A stretch of 49,958 bases of DNA, counting the filler, from Catajapyx aquilonaris (taxonomy: Eukaryota): NCBI GenBank assembly GCA_000934665.2. It is 2 parts of 2 records of this genome, joined end to end, with 100 filler letters (N's around TTAATTAATTAA, not from the genome) between each part and the next. Parts side by side here need not be neighbours in the genome. Positions count along the whole stretch, not along the records: positions 25,099 to 49,958 come from JYFJ02005446.1; 1 more part is not named here. One strand, 5' to 3'. Below the pieces are notes generated by a model. The model had not been told where the DNA came from. It ran no database searches and saw only the letters and a list, made by a program, of their open reading frames with translations. A program made the position numbers and the translations under genes. This document shows positions 48,540 to 49,958 of the stretch, piece after piece. Every line of letters begins with the position of its first letter. Position 1 is the stretch's first letter.

Positions 48540-49958
48540 TTAACTCCTTGGGGAAAGCCTTCCTAGAAGTAAGGAGGGAGGATGGTGTCTCCAGCTGGGC
48601 TGTACTGATGCTCAAGGCCTCTAGCACGCCAACAAGTGTTGCCGTAAATGCATCCTAAGCGGTTTTTTTATTACACAAGACATGCCCCTCGCTGATTGTG
48701 TTGGTGTTATCTGTGAGGCGTTGGAGTGACCGCACCAGTACTGTCCGTCTTGTGGCCCTGCCGGACACGGTACGTTGCCCGTCTGTGATAATTTTCGTTA
48801 ATGCGGACAGTAAGCAGAGCTAGGAGCTTATTGAGAGTTTTGCATCCGTAACATTTACTGTCCGTTTTGTGGCGCCGCAGGCCAACGAACATTATTGTGG
48901 CTTTGTCACACCCACATCACGCAACGCCCACATCTACGCAGCCACAAGGTGGACAGCAATGCTGCCAACACACAATCCCCAAATTATGTGTAAAATTACC
49001 ATGCAGATGCCGTCACTCAACAATGGGAGTAAACTGTTTCAACAAAGAAACACTTGTTTACTTTCATTTAATTCATTGTTAGTACATGCAATTTCAAAAT
49101 TCAATTACTCTTGAACCAAACATTTATATAGAAACTTGCAAGATTTTTGAGGAACTAAACTGCACCCTTACCAATTTTTTCATGCCATATGCAATGCTTC
49201 TGTCAGAAGCAAGAAGACTATAACTCAAAAACTAGTAAGCGTGAAAGTCCCATGCATGCCGTCAGATTTCCGATCCGTCGTGCCCCTTCCTTCTAAGATC
49301 TGACGCCTCATTAGAGAAATCATTCAGAAATCAGTTTATTCCCCCCGAAATTGCCCCTCCACAGAGTTTTCCACTGTAAAAGAATTATTAGAACACTTCC
49401 ATGAGCACACACTAAGAAGCTATTAAGTTGTCATGTCTTCTTAGTAAATCAATCAGCTTTTGAGTAACCATTGTTGGTTATCGCTAGGATGAACTCCAAT
49501 CTATCCCAAGTAATGCAGCAGTAGCCGTACCACCTCCCGTTAACCAGGTTTCTCGGCAATGTTACTCCAACTCTTTAAAACTGTGGCCCCACTCTGGGTA
49601 GTATGCCAGAATGATATCCTCCTGCCCACTTTGGCCACTTATCCTCACAAACGCAGCAAAATCGCCATTTTTACACCTGTTCTGTGGTTTCCCCCAGCAG
49701 GATCCCGGTGGCTCACGGACCGCGTTATGAGAACCAATGTTCTAGCCTCATGCCACAGAAAACTGAACACCCTACGATTGTTGGACGTCCACCACAACCG
49801 CATTTGTCAACAGGCCGTTGCCTCCCAGCCCTCCCGAGAATCAAATTGTGAAGCTGGCTACGGCTGAAGTAAAGTATACGGGACATTCGCCGAATCTATT
49901 AGGAAACAGTACCTGCGGCTTGCCGACCCTTTGAATCGTTGTTTTGCTTCTGGGGTTG

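Overview
Eukaryotic (animal, probably arthropod) genomic DNA in two parts joined by an artificial 100-bp linker at 24999-25098 (44 N + TTAATTAATTAA + 44 N). The left part (1-24998) is gene-poor. GC/homopolymer-rich islands alternate with AT-rich spacers full of MITEs, and the only clear coding exon is at 19990-20139 (MDFQSAMETFAEAWMAAN...poly-Ala, probably the N-terminus of a developmental regulator). The right part (25099-49958) is a compact cluster of four spliced housekeeping genes whose exons I traced by hand: MGMT (-, 3 exons), METTL22 (+, 6 exons), SUZ12 (-, 7 exons) and PSMD12/Rpn5 (-, 5 coding exons). Their introns carry non-autonomous hAT-, piggyBac- and PIF/Harbinger-type elements and a tRNA-derived SINE. 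The most unusual signal is a ~145-bp non-coding element present twice in inverted orientation ~8 kb apart (507-652 and 8699-8842). It shows block-wise conservation, a retained internal stem, unrelated flanks and no transposon hallmarks. Nothing here demonstrates a new biological system; the candidates below need testing.
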